Below, in pieces: positions 51,818-60,462 of a DNA stretch of 64,000 bases. The stretch covers positions 429,122 to 493,121 of the forward strand of contig CBDCCS010000018.1 of NCBI GenBank assembly GCA_965214935.1, written 5' to 3'. Each line of letters starts with the position of its first letter. Within the stretch, counting starts at the first letter, position 1. The position numbers and the translations under genes were made by a program. The DNA is from Candidatus Velthaea sp. (GTDB taxonomy: Bacteria > Vulcanimicrobiota > Vulcanimicrobiia > Vulcanimicrobiales > Vulcanimicrobiaceae). The notes below the pieces were generated by a model that saw only the letters and a list, made by a program, of their open reading frames with translations, ran no database searches and was not told the origin of the DNA.

Positions 51818-52962
51818 GGCGACTGCGCCGGGCGCGCCGGAATGTCGGTGAAGGCCATCGGCCGGTCCCACCAATCGTGCCTACGCCTTTCAAGTTCGGC
51901 CGGCGTCGGCGCAGCGGGCATACCGAGCCGCAGCGCATCGGCATACGCCGTGCAATAGCGATCGATCATGCGGTCGGCTGAGAACGTTTTCTCGACGTGG
52001 CGGCGGCAGCGCGCGCGGTCGAGCCCGGCGAGCAGCGGAACGCAATCGACAGCCGCAGCGACATCGCGACACAAGAAGCCGGTCTCGCGATCGACGACGA
52101 TCTCGCGGATCGAACCCATATCGGCGCCGAGCACCGGCGTGCCGCAGGCCATCGACTCGATCAGCGTCAGGCCGAAACGCTCCGGGCGCGTCGTCATGTG
52201 TACGAGGGCGAGCGCCGTCCCGAGCAATTCCGCGCGTGCGGCACCTTTGACATGGCCGAGAAACTGAATTTGATCGCCGTCGATGTGCGGCTCGACGAGT
52301 TCTTTGAAATACGCGACGTCTTGCGGGATCGCGGCGAGTTTCAAGCGCACGCCGGCTTTTTTCGCAATTTCGATCGCGAGATGCGCGCCCTTCTCGGGAT
52401 GAAAGCGCCCGAGAAAGACAAGATCCTCGCCGGGCTCGGCGCGATACGGCCAAACGTGCGGATCGATGCCGTTGTAGGTTGTTGCCAAATAGGCAAGGCC
52501 CGGATCACGATCGCTGTTGCTGATCGAACAGTAGAAGCTGCGCGCGGCGCCGGCATAGTAAGCAGCGAGAATCGGCGGAGAGCTAAAGCCGTGAATCGTC
52601 GTCAACATCGGCGGTGCGACTGTTGCCAGCGCGTAGGTCAGCGGCTTCCAGTCGAAATTATTGTGTATGAGGTCGAACTCGCCGGCGCGCTCGAAAAGCT
52701 TGGCGATGTGCAGCGCGCTGTAGACCTCCGCATTGAGTCCGCGATCTTCTTCGAGTCCCACCGGTACGACCGCGGATAGCCGTCCGGGCGATTGTGAATT
52801 ACCGGTCGCGAACAGCGTGACGTCGAGTCCGCGTGCGCTCATCCCGGTCGCGATGGAATGCGCGATTTGTTCCCACGGTCCGTAGCCATGCGGCGGCGTC
52901 GGCCATGAAATCGGCGCTAAGAGCGCTAAGCGCAAGCCGCGCAAGCCGCGCAAGCCGGTCAA
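51814..52962 (-). CDS. GT4 glycosyltransferase
   Basis: LAPISWPTPPHGYGPWE, GRFHPEKG, ERFGLTLIESMACGTP; start approximate (TTG). Confidence 0.88.
   Translation of the reverse strand: MTGLRGLRGLRLALLAPISWPTPPHGYGPWEQIAHSIATGMSARGLDVTLFATGNSQSPGRLSAVVPVGLEEDRGLNAEVYSALHIAKLFERAGEFDLIHNNFDWKPLTYALATVAPPMLTTIHGFSSPPILAAYYAGAARSFYCSISNSDRDPGLAYLATTYNGIDPHVWPYRAEPGEDLVFLGRFHPEKGAHLAIEIAKKAGVRLKLAAIPQDVAYFKELVEPHIDGDQIQFLGHVKGAARAELLGTALALVHMTTRPERFGLTLIESMACGTPVLGADMGSIREIVVDRETGFLCRDVAAAVDCVPLLAGLDRARCRRHVEKTFSADRMIDRYCTAYADALRLGMPAAPTPAELERRRHDWWDRPMAFTDIPARPAQSP
52930..52956. repeat. 9-bp tandem repeat (GCGCAAGCC)x3
   Basis: gcgcaagcc gcgcaagcc gcgcaagcc; encodes GLR-GLR-GLR at the GT4 N-terminus. 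Confidence 0.85.
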
Positions 52963-52963
52963 A

Positions 52964-53278
52964 TCAGTGCGGCGCTTCGGGCGCGTCGGACGCTGCGAGC
53001 GTGTAGAGCCACCAGCGCGGAGCACCGCGGCGCGCGCCGCGATCGAAGTACAGCACCGCAATGCGACCGTCGCGCAGTTCGGCTTCATACCAGTGGCGTT
53101 TGAGGTAGGTGTCGCCGCGATCGTCCTTCGTCGAGCGCCAAGTCCGGCGAATCGTCTTGATTTCGAGCACGTCGCCATGCCAACGAAATGCGGCCGGAAC
53201 GGCCGGCTCGCCGTTGACGAGGCCATCGGCGCTATGCAAAGCTGCCAGTGGCGTGAGCGCTTCGCTAATGAACGTCAT
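52964..53278 (-). CDS. Small conserved-looking hypothetical protein (DUF6504-like)
   Basis: FISE...GEP..P..FRW.G...W...RHWY...LYFDR...WWL pattern; tightly packed in the operon. Confidence 0.6.
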   Translation of the reverse strand: MTFISEALTPLAALHSADGLVNGEPAVPAAFRWHGDVLEIKTIRRTWRSTKDDRGDTYLKRHWYEAELRDGRIAVLYFDRGARRGAPRWWLYTLAASDAPEAPH

Positions 53279-53296
53279 ACGGTCGGCCCTAACGCT

Positions 53297-54478
53297 TCAA
53301 CGTAGCACGACGACGCCGGCTTGAATCACTTCTTTGGGCCGGCGCAGCGCGTACGTGTTCGCTTCCAAATCGCCGTCGAGCAGCAGCAGATCGGCCGGAC
53401 GCCCCGGTGCAATCACCCCCGCATCGACGCCCAGCAGAGCCGCCGCGGATTGAGTCGCGGCGTGAAGTGCTTGCACGGCGGACATGCCCAGGACCGTCTG
53501 CATCAATTCGACTTCGTATGCGTAACGATCGTGACCGTTATACGGTGTGCCGGCGTCCGAACCGCCGGCAATCGGTACGCCCGCCCGGTACGCGCGCCCG
53601 ACGTTCTCACGCATCGATTCGTAGAGTGCCGTCGCTTTGCGTACGACATAGTCGGGCTGCGTTCCGTCGGCGGCATGTTCGAAAATGCAGGTCACCGCCG
53701 CGATCGTCGGGACCAGATACGCACCGCGTTCGAGAAATAACTCGATTGCTTCGGCATCCAGCAGATGACCGTGTTCGATCGAATCGACGCCGGCACGTAA
53801 CGCATTCTTGATGCCGTTCGTGCCGATGGCATGGGCGGCAACGCGCATGCCGTGCGTATGCGCCTCGGTCACCGCGGCGCGCATCTCTTCTTCGGTCAGC
53901 TGATCTTGGCCGGGCACCGCGCCTTTGGTCAGCACGCCGCCCGTCGCGATGAGCTTGATGCATTGCGCACCGGCTTTTCGCTGTTCGCGCACGGCTTTGC
54001 GCGCGTCCCACGGTCCGTCGGTTTCGCGTCCGATGAAGCTGCCGTGCCCGCCGGTCATGCACAACGCGCGGCCGGCCGGAACGATCGCCGGTCCCGCGTG
54101 CTGTCCGGCCGCAATCGCATCGCGCAACTCGATTGCGTTACTTTCCGCCGCGCCTAGATCACGCACCGTCGTTACGCCCGCTGCCAGCGAGCGGCGCGCG
54201 TTCGCCGCGGCAATCAACGTTTGCGCGATCGGCGAATGCAGCAGCCGCAGCGTCGCAACGTTCGGCTCGCCGCTGAATTCAAGATGGACGTGGGCGTTGA
54301 TCAGTCCCGGCGTCATGCTGTCAGCCTGGTGGGTGACCGATTCCGCGCCGCTCGCGCCATCGTCGATGCGGGCAATCTTCCCATCCTCAACGACGACGGT
54401 TACGTTCGTGCGCGGCGGCGCGGCCGTTCCGTCGTACAGCCGTCCACAGCGCACGATGAGGGGACGAGAGGATTGCAC
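53297..54478 (-). CDS. Metal-dependent amidohydrolase (Xaa-Pro dipeptidase/prolidase-like)
   Basis: PGLINAHVH, GVTTVRD, TGGHG, IKLIATGG, AAHA, SIEHG, GSDAG. Confidence 0.9.
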   Translation of the reverse strand: MQSSRPLIVRCGRLYDGTAAPPRTNVTVVVEDGKIARIDDGASGAESVTHQADSMTPGLINAHVHLEFSGEPNVATLRLLHSPIAQTLIAAANARRSLAAGVTTVRDLGAAESNAIELRDAIAAGQHAGPAIVPAGRALCMTGGHGSFIGRETDGPWDARKAVREQRKAGAQCIKLIATGGVLTKGAVPGQDQLTEEEMRAAVTEAHTHGMRVAAHAIGTNGIKNALRAGVDSIEHGHLLDAEAIELFLERGAYLVPTIAAVTCIFEHAADGTQPDYVVRKATALYESMRENVGRAYRAGVPIAGGSDAGTPYNGHDRYAYEVELMQTVLGMSAVQALHAATQSAAALLGVDAGVIAPGRPADLLLLDGDLEANTYALRRPKEVIQAGVVVLR

Positions 54479-54529
54479 GCGGCTGCGTTCCACATTTTCA
54501 CCGCGGCGACCCCGCAGCAACGCACGCTT

Positions 54530-54572
54530 GTAATCGCCCTTACGCTTCTGGGGCCGGCGGTTATGCTAGGCT
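54530..54572 (+). promoter_or_regulatory. Crp/NtcA-like palindrome plus extended -10 (probably leaderless crp-family gene)
   Basis: GTAA-TCGCCC-TTAC (54530-54543), N23, TGc-TAGGCT, 6 nt, ATG. Confidence 0.55.
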
Positions 54573-54578
54573 GTTGCC

Positions 54579-55286
54579 ATGAACCCGGCGTTCGCCCCGT
54601 TTGACGAAGCCGTCGACGGCAACAAAGTATGGTATCTCACGCGCAATCGCTTTTTCGCCAACGCCATCGACGGCGGAATCGATCGCAGCGCGCATATCTT
54701 CACGATTGTCGGCTATCCGCGCCGGACGCTCATCTTCGATCAAGGCGATCCGTCGCGCACGGTCTATTTTCTCAAGCGCGGAACGGTGCGCATCGCGCGC
54801 GTGACGAGCGATGCAAAAGAAGTAACCGTCGCGGTGTTAGGCCCGGGCGATCTTTTCGGCGAAGAGTCGCTGTTCGGCAGCGGCGAGCGTGCAACGGTTG
54901 CGGTGGCGATCGATAGCGTGCTTCTCTGTACGGTTCGCGCCGACGATCTGTTCGCGCTCATTCAATCCGAACCGTTGCTCGCACTCAACGTCGCGCAAAT
55001 ACTGCAGGAGCGCTTAGCCGATGCCGCGGCGCAAATGGAAGATATCGCGTTTGCGCGCGTTACTGACCGGCTCTTACATCTCTTCGGCCGGCTTGCCGAC
55101 GAGCATGGAACGCCGGTCGCCGGCGGCCGGCGTATTGATACCCGCCTCACGCACGCCGACATTGCAACGCTGATCGGCAGCACGCGCGAAACGGTTTCGC
55201 TCGAACTCAGTCACCTCGTTCGTGCGGGCGCCGTGGTGCTCGACGGACGCCATTTCATCGTGCCGAACGCGGAGATTGCCGAATGA
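54579..55286 (+). CDS. Crp/Fnr family transcriptional regulator
   Basis: cNMP-binding fold (IFDQGD, GDLFGEESL, RAT) and HTH LTHADIATLIGSTRETVS. Confidence 0.92.
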   Translation: MNPAFAPFDEAVDGNKVWYLTRNRFFANAIDGGIDRSAHIFTIVGYPRRTLIFDQGDPSRTVYFLKRGTVRIARVTSDAKEVTVAVLGPGDLFGEESLFGSGERATVAVAIDSVLLCTVRADDLFALIQSEPLLALNVAQILQERLADAAAQMEDIAFARVTDRLLHLFGRLADEHGTPVAGGRRIDTRLTHADIATLIGSTRETVSLELSHLVRAGAVVLDGRHFIVPNAEIAE

Positions 55287-55804
55287 AACGCTTATCGATC
55301 GAACGTTGTGTGATGTGGCTTAGCCTGCTGTTTGCGACGGCTGTACTCGGAGGTACCGCGCATGCCGCCGCAACGTCGTACGCGCCGGTCCTGGGCGCGA
55401 GCGATTGGCTCAACGGTCGTGTCGGCGCGGCCGACCTCCGCGGCAAAGTCGTCATCGTCGATGTATTCACCTTCGACTGCATTAATTGCAAGCACGTGAC
55501 GCCGAACTTGCAACGATTACATGCAGAGCAAAGCCGAGATGATTTGGCGATTATCGGCGTTCATGCACCCGAGACGGCATACGAAGGCGAGCGGCGTAAT
55601 GTCGTCCGCGAGTTGGCGCGTCAGGGCGTTGTCTGGCCGGTCGCTCTCGATCCGTCGTTGCAAATTTGGAAAGCACTCGACAACGAATATTGGCCGACGC
55701 AATATATCTTCGACCGGCATGGCGCCTTACGTCGTACCATCGTCGGCGAGGGTCAAGACGACGTCGTCGATGCGACGGTGCGGGCGCTCATCGCCGAACG
55801 CTAA
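55283..55804 (+). CDS. Exported thioredoxin-like redoxin (DipZ C-terminal type)
   Basis: Signal peptide, WLN, LRGKVV, FTFDCINC, GVHAPE, YWPT, GEG; ATGA overlap with the Crp gene. Confidence 0.88.
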   Translation: MKRLSIERCVMWLSLLFATAVLGGTAHAAATSYAPVLGASDWLNGRVGAADLRGKVVIVDVFTFDCINCKHVTPNLQRLHAEQSRDDLAIIGVHAPETAYEGERRNVVRELARQGVVWPVALDPSLQIWKALDNEYWPTQYIFDRHGALRRTIVGEGQDDVVDATVRALIAER

Positions 55805-55880
55805 AGCCGCTGCGGCGGCCAAAACCGCCGCTTGATTGCCATAGCGCGAGAACTCCGGCGTTTTATGGTATACGCCGCCT

Positions 55881-57068
55881 ATGGAATCTTTCGACGGAAG
55901 TCCGACAAAGGTCGGATCCGCCGCGCGTCCGCTCGATCGCCGTTTGGTGCGCGCGTTGGCAATCGCGGCACTTGCACTGGCAATCGGCGGTTTATTATGG
56001 ATGGTCGCGGCGGTATTCGATCGCGTCCACAACACGCTCGTCGTCATCATCTTCGCTATTTTGTTTTCGTATTTCGTGTATCCACCGATTAAATGGCTGG
56101 CAAACCGGCGCGTTCCGGTACCGTTGGCGGGTATTATCGTGTATGCCGTTTTAGGCGTACTCATCTTGGGCGCATTGGCCTGGCTGACGCCGGCGATCGC
56201 CGTGCAAGTCGAAGATCTCAGCCGTAATTTTCCGCACATCGTCGCAAGCGCTCAGCATCAGATCGTCGATCCGTCGAATTCACCGCTGCTAAGCCGGCTG
56301 CCGGCGAGCGTACGCGAGCAGATCGCGAAAAATGCCGGTAAAGCCGGTGCCGTCGTGGGCGGTTTTGCAGCCGGCTTCGGAACCAATGCGCTCGCAATTT
56401 TGAGCGGTACGAGCGCGGCAATCATCGATATTTTCGTCGTACTCGGTTTAACGCTGCTCGTCATCGGCGATCTTGCGAACATTCAGTCGTTCGGTTTACG
56501 GCTCGTTCCGCGGACATATCGCCCGGCTGCCGTTTCGTTCATGGACGACGTCGATAAAGTTATCGGCGGATTCGTGCGCGGCCAAGTGTTGCTTGCACTG
56601 GGCGTCGGCGTTGCCGGCACGATCGTCTTGCTCGGGGTTGGCGTACCATATGCAATTTTGCTCGGTCTGTTTGCCGGTGTCGTCAGCATCGTACCGCTCA
56701 TCGGACCGGTGATCGCGCTTATACCGGTCGTTCTTATTTCGTTCTTTACCGTCGGTCTTATCAAAGTCATTATCGTTGCCGTGTTGTTCGCAATCATATT
56801 GGCCGTGCAGCAGAACGTTTTCACGCCGCTGGTGGTGTCGAAATCCGTCGGCGTTACGCCGCTGGTCGTCATTCTGGCGTTGCTGCTCGGCAGCGAAGCC
56901 TTCGGGATATTGGGCGCCTTGCTTTCGATTCCGGTGGCCGGAATTCTCCGCGTCGCGGTCGAGCGGCTCTTTCCGCACGACCGGGACGCCGCGGTTACCT
57001 TGGCCGTCGCGCGCGATCGCGCCGGTGAGCCGCCGGGACCGACGCGGGCAGCCGCTGAGCGGTTGTGA
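55881..57068 (+). CDS. AI-2E family transporter
   Basis: Multi-TM; GFVRGQ, VPLIGP, GILGALLSIPVA. Confidence 0.9.
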   Translation: MESFDGSPTKVGSAARPLDRRLVRALAIAALALAIGGLLWMVAAVFDRVHNTLVVIIFAILFSYFVYPPIKWLANRRVPVPLAGIIVYAVLGVLILGALAWLTPAIAVQVEDLSRNFPHIVASAQHQIVDPSNSPLLSRLPASVREQIAKNAGKAGAVVGGFAAGFGTNALAILSGTSAAIIDIFVVLGLTLLVIGDLANIQSFGLRLVPRTYRPAAVSFMDDVDKVIGGFVRGQVLLALGVGVAGTIVLLGVGVPYAILLGLFAGVVSIVPLIGPVIALIPVVLISFFTVGLIKVIIVAVLFAIILAVQQNVFTPLVVSKSVGVTPLVVILALLLGSEAFGILGALLSIPVAGILRVAVERLFPHDRDAAVTLAVARDRAGEPPGPTRAAAERL

Positions 57069-57111
57069 CCGCCGGGCCGGCGCCCATCCGCGCCGGCGCC
57101 GGCGGCGTTTC

Positions 57112-57153
57112 GTAAGCAACCTTACCGTTGCTGTCACGAAACGCTGTTAGCAT
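57112..57153 (+). promoter_or_regulatory. Crp/NtcA-like palindrome with class II promoter geometry
   Basis: GTAA-GCAACC-TTAC (57112-57125), N22, TGt-TAGCAT. Confidence 0.55.
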
Positions 57154-57167
57154 GGGTTGATGGAAGT

Positions 57168-57995
57168 GTGGAGCCGTTGACCGGAAAACGTGTGTACCGT
57201 CATTCGATCGCAGCCCGCGTCAGCCACTGGCTGTGGACGCTCGCGATGCTCGTGCTGGTGATGTCGGGTCTGCAAATCTTCAATGCCGCACCGTATCTCG
57301 ATGCTTCGGATAAAAGCAATCCGGCGCGGCGCGTGCTCGCGGTCAGCGCAGCGCAGCCCGGCGGAGCGAATGCGCCGGTCGTTGCAACGACGCGGCTCTT
57401 CGGGCTTCAAGTCACGACGACGGGCATCTTGGGTTATACCGACGACGGCGCCGGGGCGAAGTCGGCGCGCGCCTTTCCGGCTTGGGCGACCTTACCGGGC
57501 GAGCAAGATTTAGCCGACGGGCGGCGCTGGCATCTCGCATTCGGCTGGTTATTGACAGTATCGATGATCGTGTATCTTATCGCGGCGGCCGTACGCAAGG
57601 ATTTGCGCGAATTATTGTTGCGGCCGTCGGATCTGCCGAAACTCTTACCGATGCAGTTATATTATCTGCATTTACGCCGGGAACCGCCGCCGCACGGCAA
57701 GTACAATCCGTTGCAAAAAGCAGCGTATACGGTCGTTTTGTTCGGCTTCATCCCGTTGATCGTGTTGAGCGGACTAGCGCTTTCGCCCGGTGTCGATGCG
57801 ATCGCAGCGCCGATCACCGCGGTCTTCGGTGGCCGACAGTTCGCGCGGCTATGGCATTTCGCGCTCATGTCGTTGCTGATTCTTTATTTTCTAACGCATA
57901 TGGTGTTGGTGTTCGGCACCGGCGCTTGGAATAACGTCCGTTCGATGATCACCGGCTGGTACGTTCTCAAAAAGCACGACGGAGTCGGGCTGTGA
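57168..57995 (+). CDS. Cytochrome b/b6-domain membrane protein (partner of Mo oxidoreductase)
   Basis: RVSHW, MSGLQIFNA.P, RRWH, KYNPLQK, AR.WHF, H heme ligands. Confidence 0.88.
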   Translation: MEPLTGKRVYRHSIAARVSHWLWTLAMLVLVMSGLQIFNAAPYLDASDKSNPARRVLAVSAAQPGGANAPVVATTRLFGLQVTTTGILGYTDDGAGAKSARAFPAWATLPGEQDLADGRRWHLAFGWLLTVSMIVYLIAAAVRKDLRELLLRPSDLPKLLPMQLYYLHLRREPPPHGKYNPLQKAAYTVVLFGFIPLIVLSGLALSPGVDAIAAPITAVFGGRQFARLWHFALMSLLILYFLTHMVLVFGTGAWNNVRSMITGWYVLKKHDGVGL

Positions 57996-58735
57996 AGCGC
58001 GGTCTTTTCATCGCATCTTCGCTCGGTACGCTGGGCCTCACGGGCTGCACGACGAGCGTGAAAGATTCGTTGACGAACGGTCCGTTTCGCGCGGTGCTGA
58101 CGTCGGCTGAAGCGTTGAATCATACCGTGATCGGTTCGCGCGGCTCGGCGCGGTTGTACAGCGAGGCCGATATCGACCGCAACTTTCGCGTTAACGGCAA
58201 CGATACTCCGCAAGATTCGCTCTACAACGGCTTGCATAACGACGGCTGGTCGCGCTACAAGCTGATCGTCGACGGGCTGGTGGAGCGCCCGCAAGCGTTA
58301 TCGCTCGCAGCGTTGCGAGCAATGCCGCGCAAGACGCAGATAACGCGTCACGATTGCGTCGAAGGCTGGAGTGCAATCGGAAAATGGGGCGGCGTGGTGC
58401 TGGCCGACGTTCTGGCCGCAGCCCGGCCGAAGCCGGACGCCCGCTTTGCGATCTTTTCGTGTTACGACCGCGACGAACAAGGCTCGCCATATTATGAGTC
58501 GCTCGATTTGCCGCAGGCGGCGCATCCGCAAACGCTGATTGCGCTCGAACTCAACGGCGCCCCGCTCGATCCCGACCATGGCGCCCCGGTTCGGCTACGT
58601 ATCCCGACGCAACTCGGCTACAAAAGCGCGAAATGGGTGCATCGTATCGAACTTGCCGCGAACTTTTCGGCACCCGGTCTCGGAAAAGGCGGTTACTGGG
58701 AAGACCAGGGCTACGAGTGGTTTGCCGGCATTTGA
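57992..58735 (+). CDS. Molybdopterin-dependent oxidoreductase (sulfite oxidase/MsrP-like family)
   Basis: KRGLF Tat-like signal and LTGC lipobox, HDCVEGWS Mo-Cys, HGAPVRL, LGYKSAKW, GGYWEDQGY. Confidence 0.9.
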   Translation: MKRGLFIASSLGTLGLTGCTTSVKDSLTNGPFRAVLTSAEALNHTVIGSRGSARLYSEADIDRNFRVNGNDTPQDSLYNGLHNDGWSRYKLIVDGLVERPQALSLAALRAMPRKTQITRHDCVEGWSAIGKWGGVVLADVLAAARPKPDARFAIFSCYDRDEQGSPYYESLDLPQAAHPQTLIALELNGAPLDPDHGAPVRLRIPTQLGYKSAKWVHRIELAANFSAPGLGKGGYWEDQGYEWFAGI

Positions 58736-58747
58736 ACTCGGCGGCGG

Positions 58748-60313
58748 CTAGCGGCGCTCGTACAAATCGACCAGCGTGCCTTTGAACTGAACGCTGCGCA
58801 GCAAGCGATAATGCCGGGCAAAATATTGCATGACGTAGCGGCAGTGATACCAGGGTCGACCGGGCGTCTCCGGGACGCACGGGCCGAGCGTAACGAGCCA
58901 CAGCCGGCTCGCGCGCGCCCGAATCGGGTCGACAACGCGCGCGACTTCGCCCACATCCTTGACGCCCGTGACGCGAAAATAATCGCCCGAAAAGGGCATC
59001 GGCCCTGGGATTGCGGCGATTGGAGCGGAGCGATATAACGCCAGCGGCACGGCAAGCTCCGCCGGAAATACCGCCAGCGGTATCGAGTGGCCAACGCTGA
59101 GTGCTACCCGTTGCCAATCGCCGCTTTTTGCCGTCGGCGGCGCGTAGTCGGCCCATAACGTGCTGGCCGACAGGACGATATAGACACCGAACGCGATCGC
59201 ACCGAGCTGCGCGACCGGCCGCCGAACCGAGTCGATCGCAATAAGCGAAACGACGATTGTCGACGGAGCAATGACGACGAGGTGCCGGCGGATATCGGGT
59301 ATGCCCGTAACCGCGAACAGCGCGCAAAATAGTGCAACGCAAAGCGCCCAGGCAAACGTGAAATCGCGTTCGCCGGCCGTAGCAAACGACGGGCGTGCGG
59401 CAAAGACGAGCACGAATATCAGACCCGTGAGCGCAACTGCCGCCATTTTGAGCAAACCGTGTGCGCCGAGATCGTGCGGCAAAGCGTAAACCAGAACGTT
59501 GACGGCAACGTCGTGCACGACACGTCGCAACGGCGTGTGTTCGAGAAACCCGCTACCGACCGCGGTCTGTGCCAGAACGGCCGGCAGAAACGGTGCAAAC
59601 GCGGCGGTAATGACGGCCGCCGCGACGGCATACGCGCGCATCGCCGCGCGGCGCCACAACACGAGCGTCATGCCGTGCGCGAGCAGCACGAAGCCGACGT
59701 AGTACTGCGTATACAGACCGGCGACGGCAAACAAAACGTACAGCATCTGCGCTTGCCGCGAACGCCTGAGGGCAAGGAAACCGCTAAAAAACGACCATGC
59801 CAGCACCGCTGCAATGCAGAGCACCAGCGCATAGACCCGCATCTCGCAAGCAGCCCAGAGGACTAACGGATTGAACGCAGTTACCGCGGCAACGGCAAAC
59901 GGCGGGACCAGCGGCGTGATTCGGCGGGCGGCATATACGAGCACCGCAACGGCAAGCGCGGCAAAGAAAATCGACGGAACGCGGGCGAACGGAATCGATG
60001 CTTCGTTGAAGCTTCGCCACGCTGCTTCGAGTATGAAATAGAGCGGCGGTTGGAGCTCGAAAACATTTGCCTCGCGTACGGCATAGGCGACGCCGTAGCC
60101 GGTTGAATGCATCGTAAACGCTTCGTCGATCCAAGCGTTCAAGCCGATCGCCAAAGGGGCTGCGAGGCAGACGACGAGCACGGCACCGGCGAGCGCGGCG
60201 TAGGCCACGCTCTCGTCGTCGCGCCGCAGCAGATATGCAAGCAATGCCGGCTGCGCGCGACGCGAGTCTGCCGCCGAACGCGGCTGCGCTGCGACGCTTG
60301 CGTTGCCTAGCAT
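58748..60313 (-). CDS. GT-C membrane glycosyltransferase (GT39/ArnT-like)
   Basis: WIDEAFT, QPPLYF, EMRVYAL, YTQYY, many TMs. Confidence 0.8.
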   Translation of the reverse strand: MLGNASVAAQPRSAADSRRAQPALLAYLLRRDDESVAYAALAGAVLVVCLAAPLAIGLNAWIDEAFTMHSTGYGVAYAVREANVFELQPPLYFILEAAWRSFNEASIPFARVPSIFFAALAVAVLVYAARRITPLVPPFAVAAVTAFNPLVLWAACEMRVYALVLCIAAVLAWSFFSGFLALRRSRQAQMLYVLFAVAGLYTQYYVGFVLLAHGMTLVLWRRAAMRAYAVAAAVITAAFAPFLPAVLAQTAVGSGFLEHTPLRRVVHDVAVNVLVYALPHDLGAHGLLKMAAVALTGLIFVLVFAARPSFATAGERDFTFAWALCVALFCALFAVTGIPDIRRHLVVIAPSTIVVSLIAIDSVRRPVAQLGAIAFGVYIVLSASTLWADYAPPTAKSGDWQRVALSVGHSIPLAVFPAELAVPLALYRSAPIAAIPGPMPFSGDYFRVTGVKDVGEVARVVDPIRARASRLWLVTLGPCVPETPGRPWYHCRYVMQYFARHYRLLRSVQFKGTLVDLYERR

Positions 60314-60462
60314 GGTAGCGTGCTTATCGCGGATTACGGTACATGCCTTCTTCACGAGCCTCGCTGGGCCGATCGGCATCGAGCGCCGGCGATACGCTAA
60401 CGTATGCCGTCAGATTTTAGATCGAACGCCTGCGTGCCGCCGTCCCCCGAAGCGGGCCGGTT

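Noticed and set aside
57168..57995. Hydrogenase cytochrome b implying a hydrogenase locus
   Set aside because: No hydrogenase subunits are present; the gene is coupled to a Mo oxidoreductase
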